Shown in pieces: positions 31,290 to 41,700 of a stretch of 64,000 nt of DNA. The notes under the pieces are model-generated. The model made no database searches and was not told where the DNA came from. It saw only the letters and a list, made by a program, of their open reading frames with translations. The DNA lies in contig CM000434.1 in the NCBI GenBank assembly GCA_000165345.1, positions 544,001 through 608,000 of the forward strand, in the 5' to 3' direction. Position 1 is the stretch's first letter, and every line of letters begins with the position of its first letter. Position numbers and translations under genes: made by a program.

Positions 31290-31577
31290 TTTTATTGTAC
31301 TATTTCTGTTGACTTAGTTCAATTAACAATTAAGACTCTAATGTGTACGCCAAATTACTTCAATTGGGCATGCAAAAATATAGTCATCCACTAATTCGAG
31401 ATATGCTCGTATTATGGTTAAAACCGCATAAAAAATGGGTTTGTAATAAATATAAATCCTTTAAAATTTTATAGGAAGCCAACAAGCAACTCTAAATTAC
31501 ATAAGTTGAATGGCCTGAACTCACCTCAAAAAAAAATTTGTAACACATGATCTAATAATTATTGACCGGTGACTCGC

Positions 31578-31591
31578 ATTTGGCGCCATTT
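31578..31591. promoter_or_regulatory. E2F-like box ATTTGGCGCCATTT in the divergent promoter between glycogen phosphorylase and RPL21. A GCATGCAAAA motif lies nearby at about 31368.
   Basis: GGCGCC core flanked by T/A runs. Confidence 0.4.
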
Positions 31592-31711
31592 AGGTACGTG
31601 TAGCAACAAACTGGCCATTTGTGTCTTCGCGTCTCTAAACAATAATTTTAAGGGTAACCGATTAACGAGTTAAACTCTGTTGATTTTTTTTTTGGATTTA
31701 AGTAACTCAAG

Positions 31712-32191
31712 ATGCCTCATTCATTTGGTAAGAGAGCAAGAACTCGCTCAAAGTTCTCCAAGGGATTCAGACAGAAGGGTGTTCCCATGTTGTCAAGATA
31801 TTTGAAACCCATTAAGGTTGGAGATTATGTTGATATTGTTGTCGACTCCTCTATTCACAAAGGTATGCCATACCATTTCTACCATGGCCGCACCGGTGTT
31901 GTATACAACGTAGCTCCTAGAGCCTTGGGCGTCATTGTTAATAAGGTTGTTGGTAACCGTCAAATTGCCAAGAGAATTAATGTAAGAATCGAGCACGTAA
32001 GACTCAGCCGTTGCAATGAAGACTTCCTTAAGAGAGTCAAAGCTAATGATGCTGCAAGACACGAGGCCCACGTTGCAGGTTTACCATCACCTGTAACAAA
32101 GCGTGTTCCACAATTACCAAGAGAAGGTGGATTTGTCGACTGTTCAAATATGGAGGTACTCACTCCTCACATTACTGTCTCTATTTGCTAA
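31712..32191 (+). CDS. RPL21: 60S ribosomal protein L21e
   Basis: MPHSFGKRARTRSKFSKGFRQKG...GDYVDIVVDSSIHKGMPYHFYHGRTGVVYNV...NKVVGNRQIAKRINVRIEHVRLSRC. Confidence 0.9.
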   Translation: MPHSFGKRARTRSKFSKGFRQKGVPMLSRYLKPIKVGDYVDIVVDSSIHKGMPYHFYHGRTGVVYNVAPRALGVIVNKVVGNRQIAKRINVRIEHVRLSRCNEDFLKRVKANDAARHEAHVAGLPSPVTKRVPQLPREGGFVDCSNMEVLTPHITVSIC

Positions 32192-32390
32192 TTTGATGGA
32201 ACTGACTTATAGGCACCACTATTTAATTTTTTTTTAGCTTCGTGTTTTCTCTCGTTCGCTCTAATTATCTAAATTTATAACTTGTATCACCTGTAAATAT
32301 AGTGTTAGCTCAGGTTTGAAAATATATTGATGAAACAAAAGGGTTCGAGTTACAGAGTAGAGGTTAGTAGAGGTTGAAGTATATACTAGG

Positions 32391-34358
32391 CTAAATGGCT
32401 ATTTTTTGTTCTTGCAGGAAAGGTCCAGTCTCAACTAAATAAAAGACCGTTAGTGAGAAAATGAAGAATGTAAGGATTGGGTATAGAACAGGGAATATAT
32501 CAAATACCGACCCAACTTGTATTTCAGCAGACCTCTTGAAAGAATTAAGTGAATCAAAGGGGTCAATTTGATTTGAGTTAGGAAAAGAATAAGCTGATGC
32601 TAATTCTGATTTCTGTAGATCAAGAGTAGTTTTTGGTAATATCCAGCCTTCTTTCCAATAATAAGCTTCTAAAAATGCAACTACTGGTCCTTGTTCAAAA
32701 ATGTCTTTATCATAGTCATCATCAGTAAGATCGTTTATACTACTCAACATCTGATTAGTTACTTCTGCTGGAGTCTGGTTTGGACGATAGCAGTCAAAGC
32801 AAGATCCTATCGGAGGGAATGACACTCCAGTTCCAACGTAAGAAATGGATGACGATCTTTTTTGTTTTAAATGTTCATAACTACTTTCAGTTGCAACTCT
32901 TAGAGTTACTAGATTATGAACTCTGAACAGCCAAAAAACCAGACCCTCAGCCTCATAAAGTAAAACTGGGAATTTGTTGTTATTCATGGGAGGAATATAG
33001 GAAGTTCTATCACATGTATTATTATTAATCATTGTTTCAAAATGTTCTTTACAGCTTTGGCATACCATGAAATATTTGACCGTTTCAGCTATTCTATTTA
33101 CGACTTGCCCAGGCGTTAGTGAAGGCCCATTATATAGAGGACAGCCTTTTCCTTGTTGTTGAACGCCTTTAAGCAATGATATAGACCAAGAGTGGAAAAG
33201 AAGCCAAATTCCGCAGAATAAAGACTTTTTGCATATATAAAATGTAGGATCACTACCATTTTGTGTAGTACTTATACCTTCAACAACAACTGTTTTTATA
33301 AAGCTTTGCCAACTTTCCAAAGAAAGTTTGGAATAAATTGAATTATCCCTGTTGTCCATATAATTTTTGAGAAATACCAATATTTCTTCAAGTTTTGCTC
33401 TCGTTCTTTTGCTTGGAATAAGCACCCAACTAGTTTCAACAAATCTATATAGGGCATTTAAACGCCTCTTCTCCAGAAATTGTGAAGTATTTACTACATT
33501 GTTTCCAAAAAAGACCCAATTATGTAAAATATAAAATTTGGTCGTAATTGCATCAACTATTGCATGGGAAGGGCTAATTTGCATCGATTCTTCGCTCCAT
33601 CTACCAAAGTGATTTGAAATGCCAGTTTTTGTTTGTGATATTGCTGAAGTTGATAGTACAGAGTTATTTAATGGCTTGAATACGTTTGATAAGTCAAAAG
33701 CTCGGATAATTGAACACATTAAAAATGTTTCTTCATTTATTACTGGCATAGAAATTGACTTGCTTTTTAAATGCTTCAAATAAGGCACTTCCATCAACTT
33801 TGGAATATGCTTTTCTGGAAATACAATATGCTTTTCTGATTTTCTTGTACAGTTTATATCGCTAAACTCTGTATAATTAATTAATGACTCTAAATTTATT
33901 GTTTTATCCTCGGGACCAATTAGCCTTAGGTTTGGGAGTCCATCTATTCCCCAAATTGAGCATTCGCTATATCCCTTCCCACATTCAAATGCATAGAATT
34001 TTACGCCTGTAGGAGTCAAAGATTCAGCAACTTTTTTTAAAGGATTTGAAGCCATATGGCAGTACGCACAGAATGAAGAGTAAAAAATAATTACTTTTGG
34101 TCCATGTAAATCATTTAAAACTATGTCCCTTAACTCCCCTACGGAAGATAATTCCTTAATAAATGCTGATTTTGTATAAATCCCTTCCTTTGTTTCTATT
34201 CTAAGAAGATGAGCACCCACAAACCATGTGCAAATATACCAAATAAAAAATAATAAGCAACAAAAAATATATCTTGACCACAACATTCTGCTCAATATTC
34301 CATTACTTTTGTCAATCAAGTGATTTTCTCTTTTGTATTTCCATGAAAAACGATTCAT
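32391..34358 (-). CDS. QSOX: Quiescin-sulfhydryl oxidase (QSOX): thioredoxin domain plus Erv/ALR domain, with N- and C-terminal hydrophobic segments
   Basis: Trx-like CxxC (VIIFYSSFCAYCHM). Erv signature W..LFHS...P......YFMVCQSCKEHFE. C-terminal TM. Confidence 0.7.
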   Translation of the reverse strand: MNRFSWKYKRENHLIDKSNGILSRMLWSRYIFCCLLFFIWYICTWFVGAHLLRIETKEGIYTKSAFIKELSSVGELRDIVLNDLHGPKVIIFYSSFCAYCHMASNPLKKVAESLTPTGVKFYAFECGKGYSECSIWGIDGLPNLRLIGPEDKTINLESLINYTEFSDINCTRKSEKHIVFPEKHIPKLMEVPYLKHLKSKSISMPVINEETFLMCSIIRAFDLSNVFKPLNNSVLSTSAISQTKTGISNHFGRWSEESMQISPSHAIVDAITTKFYILHNWVFFGNNVVNTSQFLEKRRLNALYRFVETSWVLIPSKRTRAKLEEILVFLKNYMDNRDNSIYSKLSLESWQSFIKTVVVEGISTTQNGSDPTFYICKKSLFCGIWLLFHSWSISLLKGVQQQGKGCPLYNGPSLTPGQVVNRIAETVKYFMVCQSCKEHFETMINNNTCDRTSYIPPMNNNKFPVLLYEAEGLVFWLFRVHNLVTLRVATESSYEHLKQKRSSSISYVGTGVSFPPIGSCFDCYRPNQTPAEVTNQMLSSINDLTDDDYDKDIFEQGPVVAFLEAYYWKEGWILPKTTLDLQKSELASAYSFPNSNQIDPFDSLNSFKRSAEIQVGSVFDIFPVLYPILTFFIFSLTVFYLVETGPFLQEQKIAI

Positions 34359-34406
34359 AAATAATCCTCTATTTTGCGATTAACAAGTTACCGGTATTTG
34401 TTCTTT

Positions 34407-34418
34407 ATGGCGCGAAAA
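34407..34418. promoter_or_regulatory. E2F-like box ATGGCGCGAAAA in the QSOX/CNOT2 divergent promoter
   Basis: GC motif in an AT-rich spacer. Confidence 0.35.
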
Positions 34419-34583
34419 TATAATTATTAATAATAAAATAACCAATAAAAAGGCCAGCTTGCATAACGTGTTTAAAATGATTATTATTTATACCGCTTTG
34501 AAAATTAATAATATTGGAAAATTGTTGAACTGCAATAATAAAGTGTATGTAAGGGATTCATCTTGCCTAACAGTAAATCCTTG

Positions 34584-35570
34584 ATGGATGCTAAAAATCA
34601 GGTACAGAAGAGTTCTTCTTCTTCGTGCGATCAAGAAGATACGTCACCACAAAATAATACCATAAATAGTCAAAATCAATGCGATCAACAAACTTCAACT
34701 CAGAATAATGTAGATAAAGATTTGAGCCTTGAAGACATTTTATATGAAACTAATCAGCAAGCAATCTCTTACAATCGAACAAACTATGGCTTGCTAGGAA
34801 TACTCAACGTAATAAGAATGACCGATTCTGATTTGAATATTCTGGCTCTGGGAACTGATTTGACTACGCTAGGGCTCAATTTGAATTCATCTGAATGTCT
34901 ATATCTTAATTTTGACTCTCCCTGGAGTTCTAGCAAACCAGCTCAGCCTGAATCTGAAACAAACGAAATAATTCAGGCATTTGCAAACACTCCTAATAAT
35001 GTTTCACAAATCATTGGGTTGAAGTCAACGTATGTCCAGAAATTTGCCCTAGAAACCTTGTTTTACATATTTTATAATATGCCACAGGATTTGCTTCAAG
35101 GATTTGCTGCTGTAGAACTGTGTAATAGAGGATGGTTATACTATCCTGATTCATTGCAATGGTATTCAAAGGTTCAAAATGAAGAAAAGCAGACAGCTGA
35201 GTGGCAAGTTTTTGATACCGATAAATGGTGCAAAGTCCCTATATCTGACCCTCCATCAAGTAATTTACTTTCGATAGATGAGATTCGTCCAAGCGTGGAG
35301 GAAGGAGTCAGAATCCACTCCAAATGGATACAAGAGCAAAACCAAATTTATCAAATTGTCCAACAACAAATGCAGCAACAATCGAATAGTCGTAACAAGG
35401 GTTCCGAACCACAAATTAATTCTAATATGAACAATATCAGTGATTTTAGTTCAGCATATAATCAAAGAAGTATTCAACAAACTTTTTCCCAGGCTGGGAA
35501 CAACCAGACAATTAATTCAAACAATTATTCTAATTTTAGATCGTCCAATAGGCATAATTCAAGCTTTTAA
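34584..35570 (+). CDS. CNOT2: CCR4-NOT complex subunit NOT2 (NOT2/3/5 C-terminal domain)
   Basis: ETLFYIFYNMPQDLLQGFAAVELCNRGWLYYPDSLQW is the hallmark of the NOT-box. The first real ATG is at 34584; the track start at 34563 is TTG. Confidence 0.8.
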   Translation: MDAKNQVQKSSSSSCDQEDTSPQNNTINSQNQCDQQTSTQNNVDKDLSLEDILYETNQQAISYNRTNYGLLGILNVIRMTDSDLNILALGTDLTTLGLNLNSSECLYLNFDSPWSSSKPAQPESETNEIIQAFANTPNNVSQIIGLKSTYVQKFALETLFYIFYNMPQDLLQGFAAVELCNRGWLYYPDSLQWYSKVQNEEKQTAEWQVFDTDKWCKVPISDPPSSNLLSIDEIRPSVEEGVRIHSKWIQEQNQIYQIVQQQMQQQSNSRNKGSEPQINSNMNNISDFSSAYNQRSIQQTFSQAGNNQTINSNNYSNFRSSNRHNSSF

Positions 35571-35796
35571 GCGCACTAACTTATTAATACTTTATATATA
35601 TTTAAATTGTTGGCAAAATTAAATGCTTAATTATAAGGTACTAACTACCAAATTTTTTTCTATACATTGTAATGAACTTAATATTTCAATATCACATATT
35701 AGAAAGCCGGACCTGAAGTAGTTTACTTTAATTTTAATTTTTTTTTACCTCGGATTTTTTGTTCGCTTTGTCGCTTACCTCGTACTGCATTTTTAC

Positions 35797-35804
35797 TTTC
35801 GCGC
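35797..35804. promoter_or_regulatory. E2F-like box TTTCGCGC about 45 nt upstream of the HECT ligase ATG
   Basis: GC octamer in the AT-rich leader. Confidence 0.35.
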
Positions 35805-35847
35805 AGTATCTCGATTTATATGTTAATAGTAAATTGAGTTAAAGAAT

Positions 35848-38241
35848 ATGGAACTTTGTGACGACTCATCTGTATTGTTTAAGATATTATTTGAAAGATG
35901 CTTTCAAGAGTATCTCTTACTATGTTGTGACCCAACTGAATCTGCAGCGAACGCTATAAATCTCGCGAATGAACTAGCTCGTAAATGTTCCACTAAAGAC
36001 GAAAAGCAGCTTCTAATATTCGATTTGGAGGGATTATATATGATGATTGAGAAATATAATTTGTGTGACCGTATTTTAGGAAGCTACAAACGTCTTATAA
36101 ATATTAAGAATTGTATTAATAATCTTAAAGAAATTAATTATTCCCTTGAACAATGTAAACAAGTTTTGGCTAAACATAATATGAGCGTCATTGATATAGT
36201 AGGGATTTACTCTGATTATTATATTCTTAATAAGCTGTTTCTTATTGAAGAAGGTGATGACTTCGAGATTAAAATTGATATTGCTCACTTAAAGATGTTT
36301 ACGGATTGGATTGAATTGATGAGTCGTGAATATTTTGAACTAACAATTTTAAAGAATGGTATAAACAACGAACCAATTTCTAATATAATTAGTTTAGCCC
36401 AGTCAAATGTAATAGAGATGATCAGGAACAATTTCAATGTCACCTCTGAAGTTACTCAACATTTTGATGAAAAAGTAGGTAACAGAATCATAAAGCCCTT
36501 TCAAATAAGATTTATCTTAGTGTTACTACAAGGAAATATACTTGAACATGGATTTGGAGGATTTTCTGCTCTTAGAAGTACTCTGAATCTGATTTCCTTG
36601 TTCCACAACAATATTCAAGAAGTTTTAAAAAATTGGTTTATTAAACTTCCACTAGAATATTTAGAGCAGGCAGTTTCTACACTTCAGCAAATGATAAGTG
36701 TCCGATTTTATGAATTATATGACGATCATAATTATGAAAACCTTGATATTATCAGATTCCCCTTCAGGAATATTGCATCAAGTTCCATTAAATCTCTTAA
36801 ACCTGCTTTTCTTAATGATTTAAGAATCTCAAGTAATTTGCTTAGAATATTGTTTGATGCAAATAAAGAAAGAGGAATAATTACAAAAAATTTTGATTTT
36901 TCTAATAATAATAGATTAGATATCTCGCTTTTCACAAATGAAGCAATTAATTCTGCCAAAGCTTTATTGCAATATGAACTCAGGCAATGGTTTTTATCCA
37001 ACCCACCTTCAAACGATACTGAATTTGGTTTATTAAAAAATGCTTATCTCCTTGAGCCGTCTATTAAAGCGCAAGCACTTCAACAAGACTCCTTAATGCA
37101 GCAAAGACTAGAACTTCAATCATCAATTTCCCAAGCACTTGGATCTGTTGAATCCCTTTTCAATCCCACTCAGGCACTTATCCAACCATTTCTTGTACTA
37201 AAAGTCCATAGGGACTCAATTGTAAATGATTCCATGGAACAATTAGTAATTCAAAGTAACTTGAAAAAACAACTTAAAGTCAGCTTTGTTGGGGAAGAGG
37301 GGGTTGACGAAGGTGGAGTTCAAAAAGAATTCTTCCAATTATTGGTTCAAGAAATTTTTAACATTGACTTTGGTATGTTTATTTACTATGAAGATACCCG
37401 ATTATTTTGGTTTAACATGGCATCACTTGAATCAAATGGAGAATTTGAATTGATAGGAATTGTCTTGGCATTAGCAATTTACAATGGAATTATTTTGGAT
37501 GTACATTTCCCTCTTGCTGTATACAAAAAGCTACTTGGGTACAAGGTTGATATCGGCGATTTATATGAAATACAGCCTGAAGTCGCTAACTCGCTACTGT
37601 CACTATTATCAATAAAATCTGATTCTGAAATGGAACAGCTTTGTCTTACTTTTTCTGCAACTATTAATAATTTTGGAGTTATGGCTGAAGTTCCTATTGC
37701 TCCTGGGGAATTTGATCCCTCAGAACCTGTTACAATTTGTAATGTCCATAGATATGTTGAACTTTATTTAGATTGGTTTTTAAACAAGTCCATTGAAAGT
37801 CAATTCAGAGCATTCTACAACGGCTTCCAAAGCGTATGCGGAGGAAGGACTTTAGAATTATTTTCTCCAGAAGAACTAGTGTTAGTTATCTGTGGAAGCT
37901 CTGATTTTAATATTGATTCTTTAATTGAAGCATCGCAGTACCAAGATGGTTATACTAAAGATAGTACAACCGTTGTTATGTTTTGGGAAATAGTCAAAAA
38001 GCTAGACTTGAAGCTACAAAAAAAACTTCTTTTCTTTGTAACTGGTTCAGATAGAGTACCTATGAAGGGTCTGGGCGAATTGGGTTTTGTTATCGGCCGC
38101 CATGGCCCAGACTCTGATTTACTTCCTACTGCGCACACATGTTTCAATTTCTTATTAATACCAGATTACCAGAACAAGGAAAAGCTGGAAAGGCTTTTAC
38201 TTATTGCGCTTGAACATTCTAAAGGATTTGGGCTAAAATAA
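35848..38241 (+). CDS. HECT-domain E3 ubiquitin ligase (797 aa)
   Basis: C-terminal HECT domain: KVSFVGEEGVDEGGVQKEFF... and the catalytic-Cys region LPTAHTCFNFLLIPDY. Confidence 0.85.
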   Translation: MELCDDSSVLFKILFERCFQEYLLLCCDPTESAANAINLANELARKCSTKDEKQLLIFDLEGLYMMIEKYNLCDRILGSYKRLINIKNCINNLKEINYSLEQCKQVLAKHNMSVIDIVGIYSDYYILNKLFLIEEGDDFEIKIDIAHLKMFTDWIELMSREYFELTILKNGINNEPISNIISLAQSNVIEMIRNNFNVTSEVTQHFDEKVGNRIIKPFQIRFILVLLQGNILEHGFGGFSALRSTLNLISLFHNNIQEVLKNWFIKLPLEYLEQAVSTLQQMISVRFYELYDDHNYENLDIIRFPFRNIASSSIKSLKPAFLNDLRISSNLLRILFDANKERGIITKNFDFSNNNRLDISLFTNEAINSAKALLQYELRQWFLSNPPSNDTEFGLLKNAYLLEPSIKAQALQQDSLMQQRLELQSSISQALGSVESLFNPTQALIQPFLVLKVHRDSIVNDSMEQLVIQSNLKKQLKVSFVGEEGVDEGGVQKEFFQLLVQEIFNIDFGMFIYYEDTRLFWFNMASLESNGEFELIGIVLALAIYNGIILDVHFPLAVYKKLLGYKVDIGDLYEIQPEVANSLLSLLSIKSDSEMEQLCLTFSATINNFGVMAEVPIAPGEFDPSEPVTICNVHRYVELYLDWFLNKSIESQFRAFYNGFQSVCGGRTLELFSPEELVLVICGSSDFNIDSLIEASQYQDGYTKDSTTVVMFWEIVKKLDLKLQKKLLFFVTGSDRVPMKGLGELGFVIGRHGPDSDLLPTAHTCFNFLLIPDYQNKEKLERLLLIALEHSKGFGLK

Positions 38242-38485
38242 CTAAAACACTTCTGTAAATACCGAATGTTCTATTTTTTATCGCTTAAATTATAGAAAAT
38301 AAATGATTAGTTTTTTAAAATATTGATAAATATTGTATTGCTTAGATATTTTTGATAAATTCAGCTATTTAAGACAATAACAATTGATGCTACTTTTTGT
38401 AAATCTTGAAAACCTACGGGATTTATAAATCTCAAAGTTTCACATATATAAAAAAAAGCCTCGTTTTTGTGCTGCAACTCACATA

Positions 38486-38568
38486 GACAGTGTGGCCGAG
38501 TGGTCTAAGGCGTCAGACTTGAAATCTGATGTGGTCTCCACGCGCAGGTTCAAATCCTGCCACTGTCG
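38486..38568 (+). tRNA. tRNA-Ser(UGA): tRNA-Ser (anticodon UGA), class II with a long variable arm
   Basis: GACAGTG/CACTGTC acceptor. D-arm GGCCGAGTGGTCTAAGGC. Anticodon loop CTTGAAA. Variable arm TGTGGTCTCCACGCG. T-arm CAGGTTCAAATCCTG. Near-identical to canonical eukaryotic tRNA-Ser. Confidence 0.95.
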
Positions 38569-38569
38569 C

Positions 38570-38575
38570 TTTTTT
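38570..38575 (+). terminator. Pol III T-run terminator (TTTTTT) immediately after tRNA-Ser
   Basis: T6 starting 2 nt after the discriminator base. Confidence 0.7.
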
Positions 38576-38780
38576 ACAAAAATCCTTAATGTCAATTCCG
38601 AAATAATAAATTTATATTTTAGTTTTTTGGATTTAAAAAAAATTTATTGTAAATGTTAGTGAGCCATTCAAGTTTACTATCGCAATTATTCGATTTTTCA
38701 TTATTAATTTTTATCTGAGTTTTTTTTTCAGCATTTACTTAATACCGAAGACCAAAAATTTTTCTGAAAAAACTCAATAA

Positions 38781-41700
38781 ATGCCAGAGAGGTTCAAAGG
38801 CATTAAAATCAATACAATATGGGCAATTTTTCGGGTACAGTTTTTAGTATTATTACTTTTTCTTAATAATTTAGCTTGTGAAAATGAAATTTTGGATGAA
38901 TCGGAAAGAAATGCAGCTCTTATAAACAGTTCTTCACATACAAATCCGGATTCAATTCAAAATGAAGTAGCAAACCCAATGAATGAAATTACTCTCCTTT
39001 CAAGTTCAGGAGAAATTTCAAGCTTTAATGCTTTTGAGCTAAATGTTCAAGATCAATGTAATCAACTTTGGACATATAGGAATAAGCTGGTGCATGAAGT
39101 TTCAAATATAGTCAAATTGCATAAACAGTTTGTAATTTTTCTAAATAAAATCGATCCTAAAAAAAATACGGTTCATTTGGAAGAGATATTCAAGAAATCT
39201 TTGGATCTTTCTTTAGCCAGCAATCGTAATGAAGAAATCAACAAAAAATTTAAAGAATATCTTGGGTTGGCAGTAGATTACAGGTTCATCTCTTCAGATA
39301 AAGATGAATCAACAGTAAAAATACTTATTTCCAACAGATCCCCTTTGAAATCTTCACTAAAAGATCTTCTTATTTTAAAAAATGAATATTTAAAGTATAT
39401 TAGTAATTTTGATATTTGCGTTAAAAAAAAAAAAAAAGTGATAAAAAGTGGATCTGACTCTCTAAATGCGTTGATAAACCTTTCTAAACTTTTGAATATT
39501 TCTGAAAACGCATTATATGATGAAAACATTGGCTATCTTGAACAAATTTCCTCAATTACAAACAATCTTGATTCTAATCTTAGTTTTATTAAAACATTAA
39601 AAAAACTTCAAGAAGTTTGCGATAAAGGTCTTGCTCAGGACGATCAATCAAATAAAAAAAGTAAGATTAAATGGTTAAAAAAAAACTCTAATAAAATTAA
39701 CAAAACTATGAGTAGTTTTGAAGATATTTTTAAGATGAATTCAAAAAAAGTCCATAATTTGTTAAATTGTATTAACCACTTTCAAACCTCGAACTCAATT
39801 AATGATAACACTCTAGCAATGGTTAATACAATAGGAAACCAGATTGTAAATCACTCTATAAATAGAAGAAATGTCTTATCAGTTATCTCATCTAGGTATA
39901 CAATTACAACATTAAATACTTATATACTGAACAATAGGTTGTTTTCTTTATGGTTATTTGTTCAAAAAAGATTAACAACCATTCAAATCGCAATTAAAGT
40001 TATGAAAGAATCCAAAGAATTGACTAATCGTATGAATTCTGTTTTTTCTATGGATGAAGCAATTGATTTACTAACAAAGTGTTCCGAAACTTTAAGAAAA
40101 ACTGCATCAGATTGGAATGTTTTTTTTTCTGATAAAAATACACTAATCATTAAAAAACTACACAAAGAAACACTTGAACAGTTAAACCATTATAAATTTG
40201 AGGGTGATCGAAATACGCTTGCAATGTATATGGAATGGATTTGGCTAAATAATCATATTCAAAGTGTTATTGAGCAAGGATATGATGCATTCGAGGGAAT
40301 TATTAAAGGCACTTTGAAAAGTCCGCTTACAAATTGTGCAAAAAATTTAAGCTCACTATATAAGAACCTCAAATCGGAATTTAGTGCTAAGGAAAATTTT
40401 AGTGAGAAAACTATTAAAAAAATCAACAAAGAATATAGAAGTGTATTAAATGATGTTTCAGGTCATTTATTAAAGCAAATAGATTCTCTTTTCTCTCTAA
40501 AACACTCATTTTTGTGGCCACATAATAATGCGACTTTAATTTCAGCAATATCAATGTATAATCGAACTTCAGAGTTTGTAAGCTCAATAAACTTGCCTCA
40601 AGAACAAAATTCATTCGAAAAGCCAAATTATTCTTATGAGCTGTTAAAACAACAACAAATAATTACTAATGGATTTTCTACATTATATGAAAATATTAAA
40701 ACTAGATTTAATTGGGATTTAAGCTTATTCCAAACTGAATTCGGATATGTGAAAAATATTAATCTTGGATTAGATACAGAAGAAACCATTAATTTTTCTA
40801 AACTAAAGGTTTATCAAGATTCTTCTGAACAATTTGGAGAATGGTTTGAAAGCACACTTGAGTTTTTGAATTTGAAAGAAAATTTCTCAAAAGCAAAGAA
40901 TATTCTTGAGCAAGCAATTCAATTCAGATTACAATTTATACAACAGTGGTCCGATATAATTGCAAAGATTATAAATAAAGTAGGGAATCCAACAGCATTA
41001 AGTATTAGTAAAATATCTGAAGAAGCCTACACATACTATTTACAATATCAAGTTTCAAAATCAAAGGAGTTTTCGAATTATTTTGAGAGTGATTTATCTA
41101 TTCTGAAGTACGTAGATGTTGTGGATAATTCACTATCTGATTTAAACAGAGAAAGTTTCGTCTCAAAATTTGAAACTACAAATGCGCCCAATTTAGATGG
41201 TTCTTATCATGGCGATGATGAATTTCCATCTGTATCATCTATTAAAAGTTACTTAACGGATTTAAAAAATAGAGTTGATCATTATTGCAGTTATGAACAA
41301 AAAAGAAACAAAAATGATGAGGATTACCTCTCAATTGTCAGACAGATTTGCGATAAATTTTCCATCATTTTTTCTACTATTAATCAAAATTTAAAAGGAG
41401 TAGATTCAAAATTGCAAAGGGTTTATTCAGATTTAGAATCTCAGAAAGAAGATATTTCGAAACTTGATACAATTATTCAAGATTGCATTTCCTTAGATAA
41501 TAAAGTAGGTAGAGTTAAATGCTGGATTCCAAATCAATCTATTGAATTACCACTGAGAAGGGCACTTCAAATAAGGAAGGTAATGAATAATTGGTTAAGA
41601 GAAACTATTAAAACAAAAGTACTTGTATTTTCAAATTTTATTGAAGATTGCTTGAAGTTGAACTTTAAGGGATCCTTGATTTTCCAAAACAATGAATCAA

